The translations under genes were made by a program, and so were the position numbers. Below, one piece after another: positions 1 to 9,054 of a stretch of DNA of 64,000 bases (position 1 is the stretch's first letter; each line of letters begins with the position of its first letter). The DNA is from Candidatus Azophilus sp. (GTDB lineage Bacteria > Pseudomonadota > Gammaproteobacteria > Pseudomonadales > Azotimanducaceae). A model generated the notes under the pieces. It ran no database searches, had not been told where the DNA came from, and saw only the letters and a program-made list of their open reading frames with translations. The stretch is from the NCBI GenBank assembly GCA_965247035.1, contig CBDFGJ010000003.1, positions 1,252,840-1,316,839 of the forward strand, in the 5' to 3' direction.

Positions 1-673
1 GTTGTTCGTAGGAATTGTGCCAGGTGCTCCAATAGGCTTGGCGGATGAAGCCGAGCGAGCGGGGGCCGTCCGCGAGTCGCTTAGCTAGCGCCATGGACCC
101 TTCCAGCAAAGCCTTGTTGTCCTCGAAGACGCGGTTCACCAAGCCCCATTCGTAAGCCTGCTCCGCTGGCAGCCGTTCCGCGAGTAGCGAAAGCTCCAAA
201 GCGCGGCCCCAACCGATCAGGCGCGGCAGCATGAAGGTGGAGCCGCCGTCCGGCACTAGACCGATGCGGGCGAACGCCTGCAGGAAGTAGGCGCCTTTTT
301 GGGCGCAGATCATGTCGCCAATGAGGGCGAAGCTCATGCCCACGCCGGCCGCTGGGCCATTGACGGCGGTGACGATGGGCATGTCCAGGTCCCGCAATCC
401 CAGTAGCAGGGGATGGTAGCCCGTGCGCAGGGCGCTGCCGGCACCCCGCCCCGGTTCGTTGCGGCCTTCGTCTTGAAGGTTGGCACCGGCGGAGAAGGCC
501 CGACCCACGCCGGTCAGCAGCAAACAACGGGCACCGTTGGCTGGGTCCTTCAGTTGGTGGAAGGCGGTGGTGAATTCCTCCAGCATTTGGGCGCCGATGG
601 CGTTCAGCACCTCCGGATGGTTGAATTTGAGCACGGCGACGGCGCCATCGAACTCCAGCAGCATCCTCTCCAT
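1..673 (-). CDS. Enoyl-CoA hydratase/isomerase (crotonase) family protein; 3' end runs off the left window edge
   Basis: Manual reverse-complement translation from ATG (complement of 671-673) gives MERMLLEFDGAVAVLKFNHPEVLNAIGAQMLEEFTTAFHQLKDPANGARCLLLTGVGRAFSAGANLQDE...DMPIVTAVNGPAAGVGMSFALIGDMICAQKGAYFLQAFARIGLVPDGGSTFMLPRLIGWGRALELSLL. These are typical crotonase-fold motifs. GAGGGG sits 8 nt upstream of the ATG. The frame is open to position 1, so the ORF has no stop in the window and is missing from the track. Confidence 0.85.
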   Translation of the reverse strand, partial: MERMLLEFDGAVAVLKFNHPEVLNAIGAQMLEEFTTAFHQLKDPANGARCLLLTGVGRAFSAGANLQDEGRNEPGRGAGSALRTGYHPLLLGLRDLDMPIVTAVNGPAAGVGMSFALIGDMICAQKGAYFLQAFARIGLVPDGGSTFMLPRLIGWGRALELSLLAERLPAEQAYEWGLVNRVFEDNKALLEGSMALAKRLADGPRSLGFIRQAYWSTWHNSYEQ

Positions 674-895
674 GGAGACTTCCCCTCGCAAAGCCGCCAA
701 CCATACTGGAAAAGAACGCAGGAGGCGAACGCTGGGCCGGGCGCGCGACCATCCACGGCCATTCTCCGCCGCGACTTCTCCCGTCGCCACGCACAGCGTC
801 TCCACAACGTCCGCCCTCACCATGCCCTCGGCTTGTTGACTCCGGCTGAATTCCCGCGCAAGCTCTCCTTGGCTGCTTGATCGAAAACATTCCGC

Positions 896-916
896 AATGT
901 ACTGAGTACGTACATT
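896..916. promoter_or_regulatory. Candidate operator: perfect inverted repeat AATGTAC-N7-GTACATT in the divergent intergenic region
   Basis: Read directly as aatgtac tgagtac gtacatt. It lies in the 319-bp region between the divergently transcribed crotonase (start 673) and CDF transporter (start 993). ACATTCC also occurs twice as a direct repeat flanking it. Confidence 0.3.
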
Positions 917-992
917 CCATGCTAAGGTAGTTCCATGCAAGATAGGACGGTGCTGATCTCGGGTTCGAGAGGCTGGCACCCGGCAATCCTTA

Positions 993-1889
993 ATGGCGCA
1001 GGAGATGTCATTGGCTGAGCCATCGCTGCGTCACCAAGGCAGCGAGACCCTGTTGGGGCGCTCGTTTCTGCTGATCGCCGCCTTTGCCGTGGTTGAGGTT
1101 GGCGGCGGCATTCTGAGCAATTCGCTGACGCTGCTTGCTGATGCTGGTCATATGACGTTGGACGCTGGCGCTTTGGGCTTGGCTTGGTGCGCCCTGCGCC
1201 TGTCCAAGCGGCCGGCATCCGGCCGGATGACCTATGGCTACCATCGGGTGCAGGTGCTTGCGGCTTTTCTTAACGGCTTGATGCTGATGGCGCTCATCGT
1301 CTGGATTCTCTGGGAGGCTGGGCAAAGATTCCAAACGCCCGAAGCCATGGCCCCCATTCCGGCGCTCATTGTGGCCTGCATCGGCTTGGTTGTGAATCTC
1401 ATCGCCTACAGGTGGCTGGGCCATGCGGAGGACAACGTTAACGTACGCGCCGCAGCGCTGCATGTGCTTGGCGACCTGCTCGGCAGCTTGGCCGCCATCG
1501 CCGCCGCCTTGGTCGTCTACTTCACCGGCTGGATTCAGGTGGACCCACTGCTTGCGCTGGTGGTTGCCGCCATTCTCGCCCGGGGTACTTGGCGCATCCT
1601 GAAGACGTCGGGCCACATTTTGATGGAGGGAGCGCCGAGCCATGTGCGGCAGCAGGAGGTGTGCGATGTGCTGGCGGCCCTGCCCGGCGTCGCCGACGTT
1701 CACCAAGTCCATGTTTGGGGGCTGACGCCGGATCAGCCGTTGGTGACGCTGCATGTGCGCGTTGGCGGCGCCGACGATCCCCAGTCCATCACCAAAAGGT
1801 TGAAAACCGCACTGCAGGAACGGTTTGGGGTGGTCCACTCGGCCATTCAGTTGGAGTGGGGCGAATGCCCGGACTCGGAGCCCGCCTAG
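993..1889 (+). CDS. Cation diffusion facilitator (CDF) family divalent-metal efflux transporter (CzcD/ZitB-like)
   Basis: 298-aa ORF. The N-terminal TM region reads LLIAAFAVVEVGGGILSNSLTLLADAGHMTLDAGALGLAW...GYHRVQVLAAFLNGLMLM, and it is followed by HVLGDLLGSLAAI and a C-terminal cytoplasmic domain (HVWGL). This is the canonical CDF signature layout. Confidence 0.9.
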   Translation: MAQEMSLAEPSLRHQGSETLLGRSFLLIAAFAVVEVGGGILSNSLTLLADAGHMTLDAGALGLAWCALRLSKRPASGRMTYGYHRVQVLAAFLNGLMLMALIVWILWEAGQRFQTPEAMAPIPALIVACIGLVVNLIAYRWLGHAEDNVNVRAAALHVLGDLLGSLAAIAAALVVYFTGWIQVDPLLALVVAAILARGTWRILKTSGHILMEGAPSHVRQQEVCDVLAALPGVADVHQVHVWGLTPDQPLVTLHVRVGGADDPQSITKRLKTALQERFGVVHSAIQLEWGECPDSEPA

Positions 1890-2356
1890 CTACTGCAACA
1901 CAACCGGACACCATTTCCGTTCGTTGCCAGCATATCCCATACAAGCAATCCCAACGGCGGTAGTTGGGTGGCACGACGACTAATTCACGGGCGCAAATTG
2001 GGAGTCGCAGGAAGGTCGGGCATGGACAAGGCTTTCATCTTATTTGGATCACTCCAACATGTTCATCAGAGCGCAGGAGGTCGCCATTGAGCGGGAAGGC
2101 GAGACGGTGCGCGACCGGTCGCGTATCCACTTTCGCAACTTTCCTAGCACCGCCAGCTCCAGGCTGGCCGATTGCTGACTCGCGCGATGCGGCCCCGGTC
2201 GATTTGCGTAGGCGTCCATGACGCGGTTTGTCCTAGGTCCGGGCCTGACAAAGGAGCGAGGCGAACACCCGTTGCTTTCTGCGGGTCAGTCCGCAGCGGG
2301 CCTCCGCAAGGTTCATCCACCGGGATGATTCGGCAAGGCTGCTCTGCAACGGGTTC

Positions 2357-3205
2357 CTATTGGACATGGTCTGCAACCGGGTGCTTTTGCAGCAGGCGTT
2401 TGATCACATCATCCAGGCTCGGTTGTTCTACGTCCTTGAGGTCGGCTAGGCGCTCATAGATAGCTGTTGCCGCCTGATGGAATTCGCCGGGCAGGCCGGC
2501 TTGCTCAAAGGTTGCGGATATTTCCCGCATTTCGTCGGCGAAGCGCCAAGCCTTTGCGCTGACCGAGCGCGCCGCTTGCTCGGAGCGGTTGGCCAGGCCG
2601 GGCTGGGAACGGGCCCACTCCGTAAGCAGGGCCTCGGTGACGCCACCGGAGTCAGCCAGTGCACGAATCGCCAACAACAGGGCGGCCCGCCCCTTGGTGT
2701 AGGCGGCGTAGCACATTTTCAGCATTTTGGCGGCGTTGAGGTCGCCGGTTAGCGGCGCGGGTTCCAGTGGACCATTGGCGAACCAAGCCGCAACCTCATT
2801 GGCATTTGGACCGGAAAGGTACAGGCGGGTCGTCCCCGGCGAGTGCGCGGGAGGACCGATGATGCTCCCGTCAACATAGCCTGCGCCAACGACGTTCGCC
2901 AACTGCCGAGCCAACTGAGGCGAAACGGCGTTGGCGTCCACATAGATTCCACTGAAACCAGCCGTGGCCGTCGCCTCAGCTACGGCAATTGCAGCATGAG
3001 GCGGGCAGACCGAGACCATTCCTTGCGCCTTTGCGGCCAGTTTCTGCAAGGAAGGGTAGGGTGCCAAGCCGGCTTGCTCGGCGCGCCGTGTGCTCGCCGG
3101 GCTTCTTCCTTTGGGCACCCAGCCCACTTGATGGCCGGATTTGACCAAGGCGATACCCAAGGTGACGCCCATCTCCCCCGGATGCAGCAGTCCGATGTCC
3201 ACCAC
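2357..3205 (-). CDS. NAD(P)-binding oxidoreductase (6-phosphogluconate-dehydrogenase-type NAD-binding domain, DUF1932-like C-terminus)
   Basis: 282-aa ORF. The N-terminus IGLLHPGEMGVTLGIALVKSGHQV is Rossmann-like, followed by ...YVDANAVSP...YVDGSIIGPP. It starts 5 nt downstream of the M20 gene stop on the same strand, so the two are probably an operon. Confidence 0.65.
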   Translation of the reverse strand: MVDIGLLHPGEMGVTLGIALVKSGHQVGWVPKGRSPASTRRAEQAGLAPYPSLQKLAAKAQGMVSVCPPHAAIAVAEATATAGFSGIYVDANAVSPQLARQLANVVGAGYVDGSIIGPPAHSPGTTRLYLSGPNANEVAAWFANGPLEPAPLTGDLNAAKMLKMCYAAYTKGRAALLLAIRALADSGGVTEALLTEWARSQPGLANRSEQAARSVSAKAWRFADEMREISATFEQAGLPGEFHQAATAIYERLADLKDVEQPSLDDVIKRLLQKHPVADHVQ

Positions 3206-3210
3206 CTTGC

Positions 3211-4629
3211 CTACAGGCGATAGTCCAGCGGCGGCGCTCGGTCGCCAAGCAGTGCGTCGTACTCGAAATCAGCGCCCCGTTTGCGTTTCAGCTCAACCCA
3301 AGCCTCTTCAACCAATTCAGGGTCTTGAAAGAGATCGACCGCAATCAGCCCTAGCACTTTCGCGGCCAGCATCATGCCTTTGTGACCGATGCTCATGCCG
3401 CCAGCGGCAACGGCCTGCCAGGAATGCGCCGGTGTTCCGGGCACCCAGGTGGCGGTGGTGAAGCCCACGGTGGGCACGGCCCAACTAATGTCGCCGACGT
3501 CAGTCGAGCCCATGCCTTGGCGGAGGAGGAAGGGCTGGACTTCCGCTGCAGCTTCTAGAGGCAACGCCGGAGCCGCAAAGGAGCTCCGCAGCGCCTCGGC
3601 GAACGCTACTTCATCGGCGTCGTAGTCAAAGCCGCCGAGTTGCCGCATCCGGACGTCCGCCTGACGGGCCAAGGTTTCATTTGGCAGCACGGGATAGTTG
3701 CCGTGCATCACTTCGTAGGTCATTTGCGTGCCTGTGCCCAGGGCCGCGGCCTTGGCCGTGGTGACCACCCGTTCAAACAAGGCTTTGACCGTGCTGAGTT
3801 TTGGATGGCGCACGTAGTAGTAGACTTCGGCCTCTTCCGGGACGATGTTGGGGGCGGTGCCGCCATCGGTGATGACATAGTGCATGCGGGCATCCGAGGG
3901 CGTATGTTCGCGCATCAGGTTCACCATGTAATTCATGGCCTCCACCCCATCAAGGGCTGAGCGCCCTCGTTCCGGGGCTGTGGCGGCATGGGCCGCCACG
4001 CCGTGAAAGCGAAAGCGGCCGGACTTGTTGGCCGTGCTGGTTGCCGCTGAGGCTTCGTTGCGGTCCGACGGGTGCCAGTGCAGTACGATGTCCACATCGT
4101 TGAACAGGCCGGCCCGCACCATGTAAACCTTGGCGGAACCGCCTTCTTCGGCCGGCGTGCCATAGACGCGCACCGTGCCCGGCGTGCCGGTTTTCCCAAG
4201 CCAGTTGGCGATGGCTGCGCCGGATGTGGCTGAAGCCGCGCCGAACAAATGATGGCCGCAGGCATGTCCCGGCGCGCCCTCGACTACGGCCTTGCGCATC
4301 GGCACCGTTGTTTGGGATAGGCCGGGCAGGGCGTCAAACTCCGCCAACAGGCCGATGATCGGCTTGCCTTCCCCGTAGCTCGCCACAAAAGCGGTAGGGA
4401 TGCCGGCTACGCCGCTTATCACCTCGAAGCCGGCCGAAGACAGGTATTGCCGCAAGCGCTTTGAGCTTTGGACCTCAAGATAGCCGAGTTCGGGGGCAGC
4501 CCAGAGATCGCCCGCCAAGGCGATGGCGGCGCTTCGTTGCCGCTCCACGGCATCAAGCATGGCCTGATCCGTCGCCGTGGCGCCAACGCCGGCGCACAAC
4601 ATCAGCGTCAGCGCAAGCCATCGAATCAT
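3211..4629 (-). CDS. M20-family amidohydrolase/peptidase (AbgB-like), with signal peptide
   Basis: The track ORF 3211..5058 was trimmed to the internal ATG at 4629. This gives MIRWLALTLMLCAGVGATA, which looks like a signal peptide. M20 motifs are present: PGHACGHHLFG and VRVYGTPAEEGGSAKV. The 5' extension of the track ORF is Arg/Pro-rich and overlaps the divergent cysteine-synthase-family gene. Confidence 0.85.
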   Translation of the reverse strand: MIRWLALTLMLCAGVGATATDQAMLDAVERQRSAAIALAGDLWAAPELGYLEVQSSKRLRQYLSSAGFEVISGVAGIPTAFVASYGEGKPIIGLLAEFDALPGLSQTTVPMRKAVVEGAPGHACGHHLFGAASATSGAAIANWLGKTGTPGTVRVYGTPAEEGGSAKVYMVRAGLFNDVDIVLHWHPSDRNEASAATSTANKSGRFRFHGVAAHAATAPERGRSALDGVEAMNYMVNLMREHTPSDARMHYVITDGGTAPNIVPEEAEVYYYVRHPKLSTVKALFERVVTTAKAAALGTGTQMTYEVMHGNYPVLPNETLARQADVRMRQLGGFDYDADEVAFAEALRSSFAAPALPLEAAAEVQPFLLRQGMGSTDVGDISWAVPTVGFTTATWVPGTPAHSWQAVAAGGMSIGHKGMMLAAKVLGLIAVDLFQDPELVEEAWVELKRKRGADFEYDALLGDRAPPLDYRL

Positions 4630-4807
4630 GCGGCACCTTACCTTAACGGCGCACCTTGCGGGACGCGGCAAACGCCATCGCACGGCAAGAGATTTCGTAA
4701 CCACGAACATCCTTGATTGTTCAGCAACAACGGGATGTTCCCCCGGTTGGCGCGGTGGTTCAAGGAAAAACGGGTTAAACTTCTCATTTACCCGCTGGAA
4801 TTGGTGT

Positions 4808-5788
4808 ATGGGTATCAGAAACGGATTCTCCGGCAGCGTTGGCGACACGCCGTTGATCCGCATTCCATGCTTAAGCGAAGCCACCGGCTGTGAGATTCTC
4901 GGCAAGGCGGAATTCATGAACCCAGGCGGCTCGGTGAAGGATCGGGCGGCCCTGTGGATGGTGCGCGAACACGAAAAAAGCGGTGCGCTCAAGCCCGGCG
5001 GCACCGTGGTGGAGGGCACCGCTGGCAACACGGGCATCGGTCTGGCCCATGTCTGCAACGAGCGGGGCTATCCCTGCGTTATCTACATGCCGGATAACCA
5101 GTCCCAAGAGAAGGTCGATATCTTGAAGACCTTGGGGGCGGAGGTGCGGGTGGTGCCGGCCTTGCCTTATCGAGATGAGATGAATTACCAGAAGCGGGCT
5201 GGGCGCTACGCTGCCGAGTTGCCGAACGCGGTCTGGGCGAATCAGTTTGACAACGTCGCCAACCGGCTGGCGCACTACGAATCCACGGCACCGGAGATTT
5301 GGGCGCAGACCGATGGCGCCCTGAGCGCCTTCACCTGCTCGGTGGGCACGGGCGGCACCTTGGCCGGCGTTTCTCGCTACCTGAAGGAGCGCAATCCGAA
5401 CATTCAGGTGGTGCTCGCCGATCCCTACGGCAGTGCTTTGTACAATTGGGTGAAGACCGGCGAGGCGATCATGACGCCCGGCCCTTCAATCGCCGAGGGC
5501 ATCGGCAACAGCCGGGTGACCGACAATTTGGCTGGTGCCGAGATCGACGACGCCGTGCAGATCAGCGACCGGGAAATGGTGCGCATGGTTTACCATCTCC
5601 TGCGCCGCCAAGGCTGGTTCTTCGGCTCAAGCACCGGCCTTAATCTGTGTGCGGCGGTGCGGGTGGCGGAATCCTTGGGGCCCGGCCACACCATCTTGAC
5701 CATGCTAACCGACACCGGCCACAAGTATCAGTCCAGCCTGTTTAATCCGGATTTCCTAGCCGAGCGTGAACTCGACCCGAACGCTTGA
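4808..5788 (+). CDS. PLP-dependent cysteine synthase family protein (CysK/CysM/CBS fold)
   Basis: The track ORF 4577..5788 was trimmed to ATG 4808 (MGIRNGFSGSVGDTPLIRI...). Motifs present are GKAEFMNPGGSVKDRAA (PLP-lysine motif), GTAGNTGIGLA and SVGTGGTLAG. Confidence 0.85.
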   Translation: MGIRNGFSGSVGDTPLIRIPCLSEATGCEILGKAEFMNPGGSVKDRAALWMVREHEKSGALKPGGTVVEGTAGNTGIGLAHVCNERGYPCVIYMPDNQSQEKVDILKTLGAEVRVVPALPYRDEMNYQKRAGRYAAELPNAVWANQFDNVANRLAHYESTAPEIWAQTDGALSAFTCSVGTGGTLAGVSRYLKERNPNIQVVLADPYGSALYNWVKTGEAIMTPGPSIAEGIGNSRVTDNLAGAEIDDAVQISDREMVRMVYHLLRRQGWFFGSSTGLNLCAAVRVAESLGPGHTILTMLTDTGHKYQSSLFNPDFLAERELDPNA

Positions 5789-5954
5789 TCCGCAGCGTCC
5801 GTGCTAGATCGACGGCGTGCATGGGGGACGCAGGCGATCCGTTCCAACTGCCGCAATCCCGGGCGTCCCTGTCGCCTTGATTGCGGCTATGGGGTGGGTG
5901 ACAGCGCCAGACTTGGGGCCGTAGGGCACCGATGGGTTGCAGCTTGAAGTGCCT

Positions 5955-6392
5955 TTAAGGGACTTCGCCGCGCACATAGTGCTCCAAGTGCTCAATGGTG
6001 CCCGCTTGCTCGTCGATGATGGCGGAGAACAGGTCGCGCGAACTTAGCACGCCGATGATTTCGCCTTGGTCGATGACCGGCAGGTGGCGGATGTGGTGGT
6101 GCCGCATCAGCGCCACGCACTCGTCCACATGCATCGCGGATGTGACCGAAACCACCTCTGTGGTCATGATCTCGGCCACTTTGGTGGCCTTTGACGACTT
6201 GTCCTTCAGGATCACTTTGCGGGTGTAGTCGCGCTCTGAAATGATGCCAGCCAACTGGCCTTCCTGCATGACCAACAGTGCGCCGACTTCCTTCTCCGCC
6301 ATCTTGGCGATGGCGTTGTAAACGGTTTCGGCGGGTTCCACGCAGAAAATCCCGCCGCCTTTATGCCTAAGAATGTTATGGACTAGTTGCAT
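5955..6392 (-). CDS. CBS-pair domain protein
   Basis: 145-aa ORF with two CBS-like repeats: VGALLVMQEGQLAGIISERD and IRHLPVIDQGEIIGVLSSRDL. Confidence 0.85.
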   Translation of the reverse strand: MQLVHNILRHKGGGIFCVEPAETVYNAIAKMAEKEVGALLVMQEGQLAGIISERDYTRKVILKDKSSKATKVAEIMTTEVVSVTSAMHVDECVALMRHHHIRHLPVIDQGEIIGVLSSRDLFSAIIDEQAGTIEHLEHYVRGEVP

Positions 6393-6471
6393 GGGCTGAC
6401 TCCCTCGCCAATCCAGAATTGGGTCAGGGGCAATCTGCCACGGTCGGAGAGTGAATGAAAGCAGTCGATCA

Positions 6472-7272
6472 CTAAATTCCGGGGTCTGGGTCGTTGAAGC
6501 CGTAAGCCTGCGCCAGTTCGGCCACCCCGAACTTGCCGCCGGACTTGCTCATGAGGTCCGGGTCCGTCGCCAAGGCGACCACGCTACGGCCGCTGAACCG
6601 GGGTGACTGGGCCCGCTTGGGGTCCAGCTTGAGGTCGCCGCGGGCGACCGCCTCCAGAATGAACTCTGTCTTCACGGTTGATGGGCTTAAAGACACCGCG
6701 GCTACGTTGTAGGGCTTCAGTTCCAAGGCCATGTCCTTGGCCATGCGGTCCACACCGGACTTGCACACCCCGTAGGAGGCGCTGAAAACGTGTTCATCCC
6801 CGCCCCGCGATGAGATGTTGACAATCAGGCCGCTGCCGCCCTCCACCATGAGCGGAGCGCCGAAGACGCTGGCTACGTAGTAGCCGCGCAAACCGACCCC
6901 GCACTGGTCATCCCAGATCGACACCGGGTGCTGCCAAAAACCGCCACCGAACACCGGCGGGTCGGGAATCTTGTAGGCGTTGTTGACCAACACATCCAAT
7001 CGGCCTTGCTCCTTGCGCACCTGGGCGAACAAGGCTTGCACCTGCTCGTCCCGTTCATGGTCAACGCGAACTGGAATGCCGACGCCGCCCAACTCCTGCA
7101 CGGCGCGGGCGGTTGCCTGGATCGTCCGCTCGGCCGGCGGCTCCGCTTGGCTTTCGCTGCGCCCGGTGATGTAAACCGTAGCGCCAGCTTCCGCCAACCC
7201 CTCGCAGATGCCCCTGCCAACGCCTCGACTGCCGCCCGTAACGACCGCCACCTTGCCTTGTAGATTAGCCAT
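6472..7272 (-). CDS. Short-chain dehydrogenase/reductase (SDR) family oxidoreductase
   Basis: 266-aa ORF. KVAVVTGGSRGVGRGI is the TGxxxGxG motif, LVNNAY is the NNAG-like motif, and SASYGVCKSG is the YxxxK catalytic motif. AGGAGGAA lies upstream of the ATG. Confidence 0.9.
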   Translation of the reverse strand: MANLQGKVAVVTGGSRGVGRGICEGLAEAGATVYITGRSESQAEPPAERTIQATARAVQELGGVGIPVRVDHERDEQVQALFAQVRKEQGRLDVLVNNAYKIPDPPVFGGGFWQHPVSIWDDQCGVGLRGYYVASVFGAPLMVEGGSGLIVNISSRGGDEHVFSASYGVCKSGVDRMAKDMALELKPYNVAAVSLSPSTVKTEFILEAVARGDLKLDPKRAQSPRFSGRSVVALATDPDLMSKSGGKFGVAELAQAYGFNDPDPGI

Positions 7273-7575
7273 TGCAACTTTCCTCCTTACTTATACTTGG
7301 GGTGCTTTGACAGCTTCGACCGCCAACTGACCCTTTAGGTCGGCCATTGAAACCCCCGCCGCTTGGCTTTCGCTGCGCCCGGTGATGTAAACCGTAGCGC
7401 CAGCTTCCGCCAACCCCTCGCAGATGCCCCTGCCAACGCCTCGACTGCCGCCCGTAACGACCGCCACCTTGCCTTGTAGATTAGCCATGGTAACTTTCCT
7501 CCTTACTTAGCTTGGGGTGCTTTGACAGCTTCGACCGCCAACTGACCCTTTAGGTCGGCCATTGAAACCCCCGCC
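7143..7575. repeat. Tandem direct duplication, 2 x ~216 bp (7143-7358 and 7359-7575)
   Basis: Hand alignment shows offset 216 through tagattagccat (7261 vs 7477). The offset becomes 215 after a 1-nt indel (ttatacttgggg vs ttagcttgggg). The copies are otherwise almost identical. The unit contains the first ~130 nt of the SDR gene, its RBS, and ~65 nt of upstream sequence. Confidence 0.9.
7291..7488 (-). pseudogene. Chimeric SDR N-terminal fragment created by the tandem duplication
   Basis: 65-aa ORF. Its first 43 aa (MANLQGKVAVVTGGSRGVGRGICEGLAEAGATVYITGRSESQA) are identical to the SDR at 6472..7272. They are fused at the duplication junction to AGVSMADLKGQLAVEAVKAPQV. Confidence 0.6.
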
Positions 7576-7668
7576 ACTATTGGCTTGGCGCATTTCCTCA
7601 TGGACCGCACAGCAACCCTTTGCCTTTGGGTCTTGCGGCGCCAAGCGAGTTGGCGGCGTCGTTTCATC

Positions 7669-8670
7669 TCATTCGGCGACGCGGACGATGCGTGTGCCCA
7701 CATTGCCGCCGGCGAGCAGGTCAGCGAAGGCCTGCGGCGCTTGGTCCAAACCGTGGAATTCGTCCTGCAGGGGCTTTAGCTGGCCTGCCTCCACCCAGCT
7801 TTTCAGCTTCGCCTGCGCTTCGCGGTAGCGGCGCGCATAGTCAAACACCAGAAAGCCCTCCATGCGCACGCGCTTGTTGACCAGCAAGCCGGGCAGGCCG
7901 CGCGGGCTGGGTGCGGGGTTGCTGGTGTCGTACTGCGAGACCACGCCGCAGCAGACGATGCGCCCGTGGGGTTTCATGCGCCGCAAGGCAGTGCCTAGGA
8001 TGTCGCCGCCGGTGTTGTCAAAGTAGATGTCGATGCCTTGGTCGCAGGCGGCTCGAAATTCAGTGCGGAAATCAGGGCTGCGGTGGTTGACCGCGGCATC
8101 AAAGCCGAGCTTTTGGGTGAGCAGGCTGCATTTTTCATCGCTGCCGGCAACGCCGATGGTGCGGCAGCCGACGATCTTGGCCATCTGTCCGACCAGGTGG
8201 CCCACCGACCCCGCTGCCGCCGATACCACGAGGGTTTGGCCGGGCTGCGGCTCGCCCACATCATGCAGACCGAAATAGGCGGTGAGGCCGTTGGTTCCGT
8301 AAACGCCGAGATGATGGGCTGGGTCGCCATCGGCCTTGACGACCCGAACTGCTTGCGCTTTGTGTACGGAATAGTCCTGCCAGCCGGCGGGGCAGATCAC
8401 CAGCGTTCCAGCGGCGATGGTGTCCGCAGTCGACGCCTCGACCCGGGCCACCGCCGTGCCGCCCATTACAGCGCCGGTTGTGGGCGCTCCGGCGTAGCCG
8501 GCGCTGCCTTGCAGCCCGGCGCGCTGGCCGGCGCCGATGGTGAGCACTAAGGTGCGGCACAACAGTTCGCCTTCCTGCGGCTCAGGCGCTTGAACGGACC
8601 GAAGTGCAAAATTTTCTGGCGCAAGCCTGTCAACGGGCAGCGTTTCAATCACGATTTGGCGGTTGTTCAC
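7669..8670 (-). CDS. NADP-dependent medium-chain (MDR) oxidoreductase, YncB/CurA/alkenal-reductase-like
   Basis: 333-aa ORF. GQTLVVSAAAGSVGHLVGQMAKIVGCRTIGVAGSDEK is a zinc-free MDR nucleotide-binding motif, and the C-terminal GKLKP-like region and overall length fit this family. Confidence 0.88.
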   Translation of the reverse strand: MNNRQIVIETLPVDRLAPENFALRSVQAPEPQEGELLCRTLVLTIGAGQRAGLQGSAGYAGAPTTGAVMGGTAVARVEASTADTIAAGTLVICPAGWQDYSVHKAQAVRVVKADGDPAHHLGVYGTNGLTAYFGLHDVGEPQPGQTLVVSAAAGSVGHLVGQMAKIVGCRTIGVAGSDEKCSLLTQKLGFDAAVNHRSPDFRTEFRAACDQGIDIYFDNTGGDILGTALRRMKPHGRIVCCGVVSQYDTSNPAPSPRGLPGLLVNKRVRMEGFLVFDYARRYREAQAKLKSWVEAGQLKPLQDEFHGLDQAPQAFADLLAGGNVGTRIVRVAE

Positions 8671-8931
8671 GGAAGATTCCCTTGGCGATGCTGATGTGGC
8701 AGCTTAGCGAATCCGGTGCCAGTGGGCTATTAGTTGGGCCGGCGGAGCGGGCCTGATCGGGCCTTGGTTCTGAGACGGCTTGGGGCGCTTACCTGCCGAT
8801 GCCCCGCCCTTAGGCGGCCATCAACTCGATCCGATTGGCCGCTTTCAGCAGGTTCAAAGCCGCTGCTTTGAAGGTCGGTCGGGATTGCGCAACAGTCTTT
8901 CAATTGTTCTCGGCAGGGCGGCATAAATTTG

Positions 8932-8960
8932 TTGTGATAGCCTTTCCGCATCTGTATAGT
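8932..8960 (+). promoter_or_regulatory. Candidate sigma70 promoter of the S10 operon (TTGTGA-17-TATAGT)
   Basis: The hexamers were read directly: ttgtga at 8932-8937, a 17-nt spacer, and tatagt at 8955-8960. This lies ~95 nt upstream of the rpsJ start. The leader contains a GC-rich stretch followed by a T7 run (9031-9037). Confidence 0.45.
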
Positions 8961-9054
8961 CGCCATCCCGGTTTCGTGAGTTCTTTAACAGGAGAGGCGT
9001 CCTATCCCGCGTTGTGTGGGTCGGGGCGCGTTTTTTTGGTTTGGAGATCGTTTG

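Noticed and set aside
81-986. 301-aa minus-strand track ORF
   Set aside because: The translation is Arg/Gly/Pro-rich and low in complexity. It lies in a different frame over the clearly recognisable crotonase CDS (1-673) and runs through the divergent promoter region. It is a typical high-GC shadow ORF.
1890-2356. Small ORFs in the CDF/oxidoreductase intergenic region (1964..2221, 2172..2459, and a 56-aa minus ORF starting at 2218)
   Set aside because: They have no Shine-Dalgarno sequence or family motif and their composition is Arg/Pro-rich. They may include decayed fragments, but nothing could be supported from the sequence alone.
4630-5058. 5' extension of the M20 ORF (track 3211..5058) and the reciprocal 5' extension of the cysteine-synthase-family ORF (track 4577..4807)
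   Set aside because: The two extensions overlap each other on opposite strands and are Arg/Pro-rich. Each precedes an internal ATG that yields a canonical N-terminus: a signal peptide for M20, and MGIRNGF..GDTPLIRI for the PLP enzyme.
7503-7703. 66-aa minus-strand ORF upstream of the SDR duplication
   Set aside because: It overlaps the MDR gene 3' end and most of it is Arg-rich. Only its last 19 codons (MADLKGQLAVEAVKAPQAK) have their own plausible RBS, and that part is reported only as a micro-ORF observation, not as a gene.
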